26,585 bases of DNA from an uncultured bacterium (lineage in GTDB: Bacteria > NPL-UPA2). Within the stretch, counting starts at the first letter, position 1. Each line of letters opens with the position of its first letter. The translations under genes and the position numbers were made by a program. The notes beneath the pieces are model-generated. The model was not told the DNA's origin, ran no database searches, and worked only from the letters and a program-made list of their open reading frames with translations. The stretch spans positions 1-26,585 of the forward strand of contig CAZVBB010000001.1 of NCBI GenBank assembly GCA_964625285.1. Direction: 5' to 3'. Below are positions 24,597 through 26,585 of this stretch, piece by piece.

Positions 24597-25052
24597 TCAT
24601 TTTAATTTGGATTTTTGCAATGAATTGAGTAAGCTCTTCATCCGTTCTAAGAATTTTAATGAGTATCTTATGGCTTTCTTTGCTTCTTCGTCAGTGGAGA
24701 AAAAACTTAAATCATATTGATCAACATGCCTTATTTCTCTATGATAGTCAAGTAATTCAATCCATTTTTTCTCAAGTTTATTTGTTTTAACATATTTTTC
24801 TTCCAGATAGCGCGCTACGCATGCGTGGCTTTTCTCTCGATAGCCATCATAGAAAAGGATTGCCCGTGCGGAGTGGAACATTACCATATAAGACGCGAGA
24901 ACTGAAGAATCAAACGCCTTACCATTGAGTGTCTTATGGGATTCATCTAACCATTTTTCTGCCTTGTTAATAGACTGCATAGCTTTATCGTGTGAAGCGG
25001 GAACCTTTCTCAACAACCCTTTTTCTATGCAATCTTTATATCTGAATGCCAT
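24597..25052 (-). CDS. HEPN-domain protein (UPF0332-like subtype)
   Basis: SY.VMFHSARAIL..DG..EKSH and REIRH..QY motifs. Confidence 0.85.
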   Translation of the reverse strand: MAFRYKDCIEKGLLRKVPASHDKAMQSINKAEKWLDESHKTLNGKAFDSSVLASYMVMFHSARAILFYDGYREKSHACVARYLEEKYVKTNKLEKKWIELLDYHREIRHVDQYDLSFFSTDEEAKKAIRYSLKFLERMKSLLNSLQKSKLK

Positions 25053-25584
25053 CTTTTACTCCATATAGAACTATAGAACCAAACACAAGCGAATGATAAA
25101 ATAATGGGTCATCTTTTTTTGTCTTCTCTATTTTTTTATCAGTTAAAAATAAAGGCTTGATATTTTTAATCTCTTTGTGCAGCTTAGATGTTAGAGAGGC
25201 TAATTTTTCTTCGCTTACATCACTAACTTTTATCCATAAATCAATGTCTGAATCTTCAGTATTTTCTCCTTTTACACAACTTCCATATAATCCTACCGCC
25301 TGAATAAAAGAAAACCCTTTGAAGATGTTGAGGTTGGTGTTTTTTATGTTAAGTAAAATCTTGATTCCCTTGACCAAAGAAGAATCAGTTATAACAACTT
25401 TTCCTTTTGCTCTTCTTTTAAGGATGCTCATTTTTGTTAGGATATCAAAATATTTAGAAACAAGCCCCTTACTCAATCTTAATTGATTAGCAATATTATT
25501 AACGCTAATATTGCCGGTTTTAAAAACAATCGCCTGTAAAATTTTTATTCTCTCTTTAGTGGAAAATATTTTTTCCATGTTCAT
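25036..25584 (-). CDS. Winged-HTH + minimal nucleotidyltransferase
   Basis: N-terminal SVNNIANQLRLSKGLVSKYF HTH; LYGSCVKGENTEDSDIDLWI. Confidence 0.88.
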   Translation of the reverse strand: MNMEKIFSTKERIKILQAIVFKTGNISVNNIANQLRLSKGLVSKYFDILTKMSILKRRAKGKVVITDSSLVKGIKILLNIKNTNLNIFKGFSFIQAVGLYGSCVKGENTEDSDIDLWIKVSDVSEEKLASLTSKLHKEIKNIKPLFLTDKKIEKTKKDDPLFYHSLVFGSIVLYGVKDGIQI

Positions 25585-25588
25585 CTCC

Positions 25589-25657
25589 TATAAACAAATA
25601 GTTTACAATCTATAAACTTATAGTTCATATTTTATAAACCTTTGCCCACATTGTCAA
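25589..25657 (-). promoter_or_regulatory. Sigma70 promoter with a phased operator array
   Basis: TTGACA (25657-25652), 17 bp, TAAAAT (25634-25629). TATAAAC at 25589, 25611 and 25633; palindromes TAAAC-N5-GTT(T/C)A. Confidence 0.75.
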
Positions 25658-25849
25658 AGGGAATCTTTTTAAGGGGGAAATAGGCCTTAGCCTGTTTGTG
25701 AAGGTGGGATTTTCTTCTTTAGTTCGGGTAGTTCTGGACACACCATGCTTAATTGCCTTAAAATAGAGCCGTTGTCCCCTATTATACTTGAAAAATTAGA
25801 ACCGCTCTTTTTTTATTCCTTTCCTAATGCTGAAAAATTTCTGTTTCCT

Positions 25850-26585
25850 TTAATCCTTCATTTCCCAATGCCCACCAAAATCCGGTCCAATACGCCTGAT
25901 ATATCCAGCATCTTTTAATTTCGTAAAATGCTTTTGGATTGCAGAAGTGTTAATACCGATTACCTCTGCTAATTCTTTTCTCGATATTTTAGGATTCGCT
26001 TTTATTGCCCCAAGTATTCTTTTTTGTTTATCATTCAGAATAATTTTCTTCTGACCCGACCTCTGACCACCTGTCTGACCACCTGTCTGACCACCACCCA
26101 AACCTTCGCCTTCTTCCCACTTAGGTCGATAAAAGACCACCGCAAAACCAGTCTTGAGCCGATTAAACTCAACTCGAACACCTACAGCAACACACTCATC
26201 ATGAATGCGCTTAATGCCGCTTCCCCAGCGCTCAATATCTTTAGATTTATACACTGTCTCTGCAATTAAGGGATTCCGTAAAATCGAGTGTTCATGCCCG
26301 GAGAAGAAATCCTCAGGATTAATCTCTGAGGGGAAAAGGCCTGGGTTATAAATCTCAATTCGATCCTTAAAAATTGCCACCTCATTGCCTTTGGGATTTT
26401 CGAAATCACGATGGCAGAGTGAATTTCCAATAGCTTCAGAAATAGCCCTGACCGGGACCTCAGGTATCTCTTTACGACGACTCTCGCTTAAATCGGCCCG
26501 CCACTTCATATTACCATTAACATAAACTTTCTGCCAACCATTTGTCCGACAACCGTTCCATCATCCTTAATACCAAAATACAATT
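25850..26585 (-). pseudogene. AlbA_2(Schlafen-like)/HATPase_c_4/wHTH ('RecG-like') regulator, apparently internally deleted and frameshifted; runs off the window
   Basis: ORF 25850-26509 has EAIGNSLCHRD, IEIYNPG, RNPLIA, E.WGSG and a C-terminal HTH. A different frame at 26583-26530 reads LYFGIKDDGTVVGQ (AlbA_2-like) and stops at the ORF start. Confidence 0.6.
26051..26098. repeat. 12-bp coding tandem repeat (GGQT)n
   Basis: CTGACC recurs at 26051, 26063, 26075 and 26087, encoding GGQTGGQTGGQRSGQK in the linker before the HTH. Confidence 0.8.

Noticed and set aside
24556-24597. 13-aa ORF MKTTIYIKVSRYA overlapping the HEPN stop
   Set aside because: Too short to support. The resemblance to an antitoxin N-terminus is weak and could be chance.
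1-26585. CRISPR array, integron cassette array, DGR or retron
   Set aside because: No regularly spaced repeat-spacer series, no attC-like RYYYAAC...GTTRRRY sites bounding genes, and no cas, integrase or reverse transcriptase ORF.

Overview
This is a mostly minus-strand housekeeping region from a low-GC diderm (LPS-making) bacterium, probably an uncultured lineage. In coordinate order it holds an IS1595 remnant, tsaE, tRNA-Leu(GAG) and tRNA-Val(TAC), an LPS core/KDO block (lptC/A-like, kdsC, kdsA, split hldA/hldC, DUF3108, a GT9 heptosyltransferase), flavodoxin, PHP and zincin genes, ruvX-alaS, a CBS-pair gene, recX-degP-recA-thpR-cinA(C-terminal domain only), two small genes, hflX-miaA-cutA-miaB, two tandem MNT/HEPN toxin-antitoxin-like pairs and a broken AlbA_2/HATPase/HTH gene. 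The unusual feature is the non-coding DNA. Many spacers are filled by one or more of at least seven small repeat or MITE families, several with target-site duplications and nested inside one another, and no intact transposase is present. These elements also alter proteins. A 101-bp TIR element with a 4-bp TSD adds 35 aa in frame to MiaB, and repeats supply the C-termini or stop codons of AlaS, KdsA, RecX, CinA, MiaB and flavodoxin. The heptosyltransferase is out of frame with its apparent start codon, with an A8 run as the likely slip site. Family assignments come from motif recognition only; no database searches were run.
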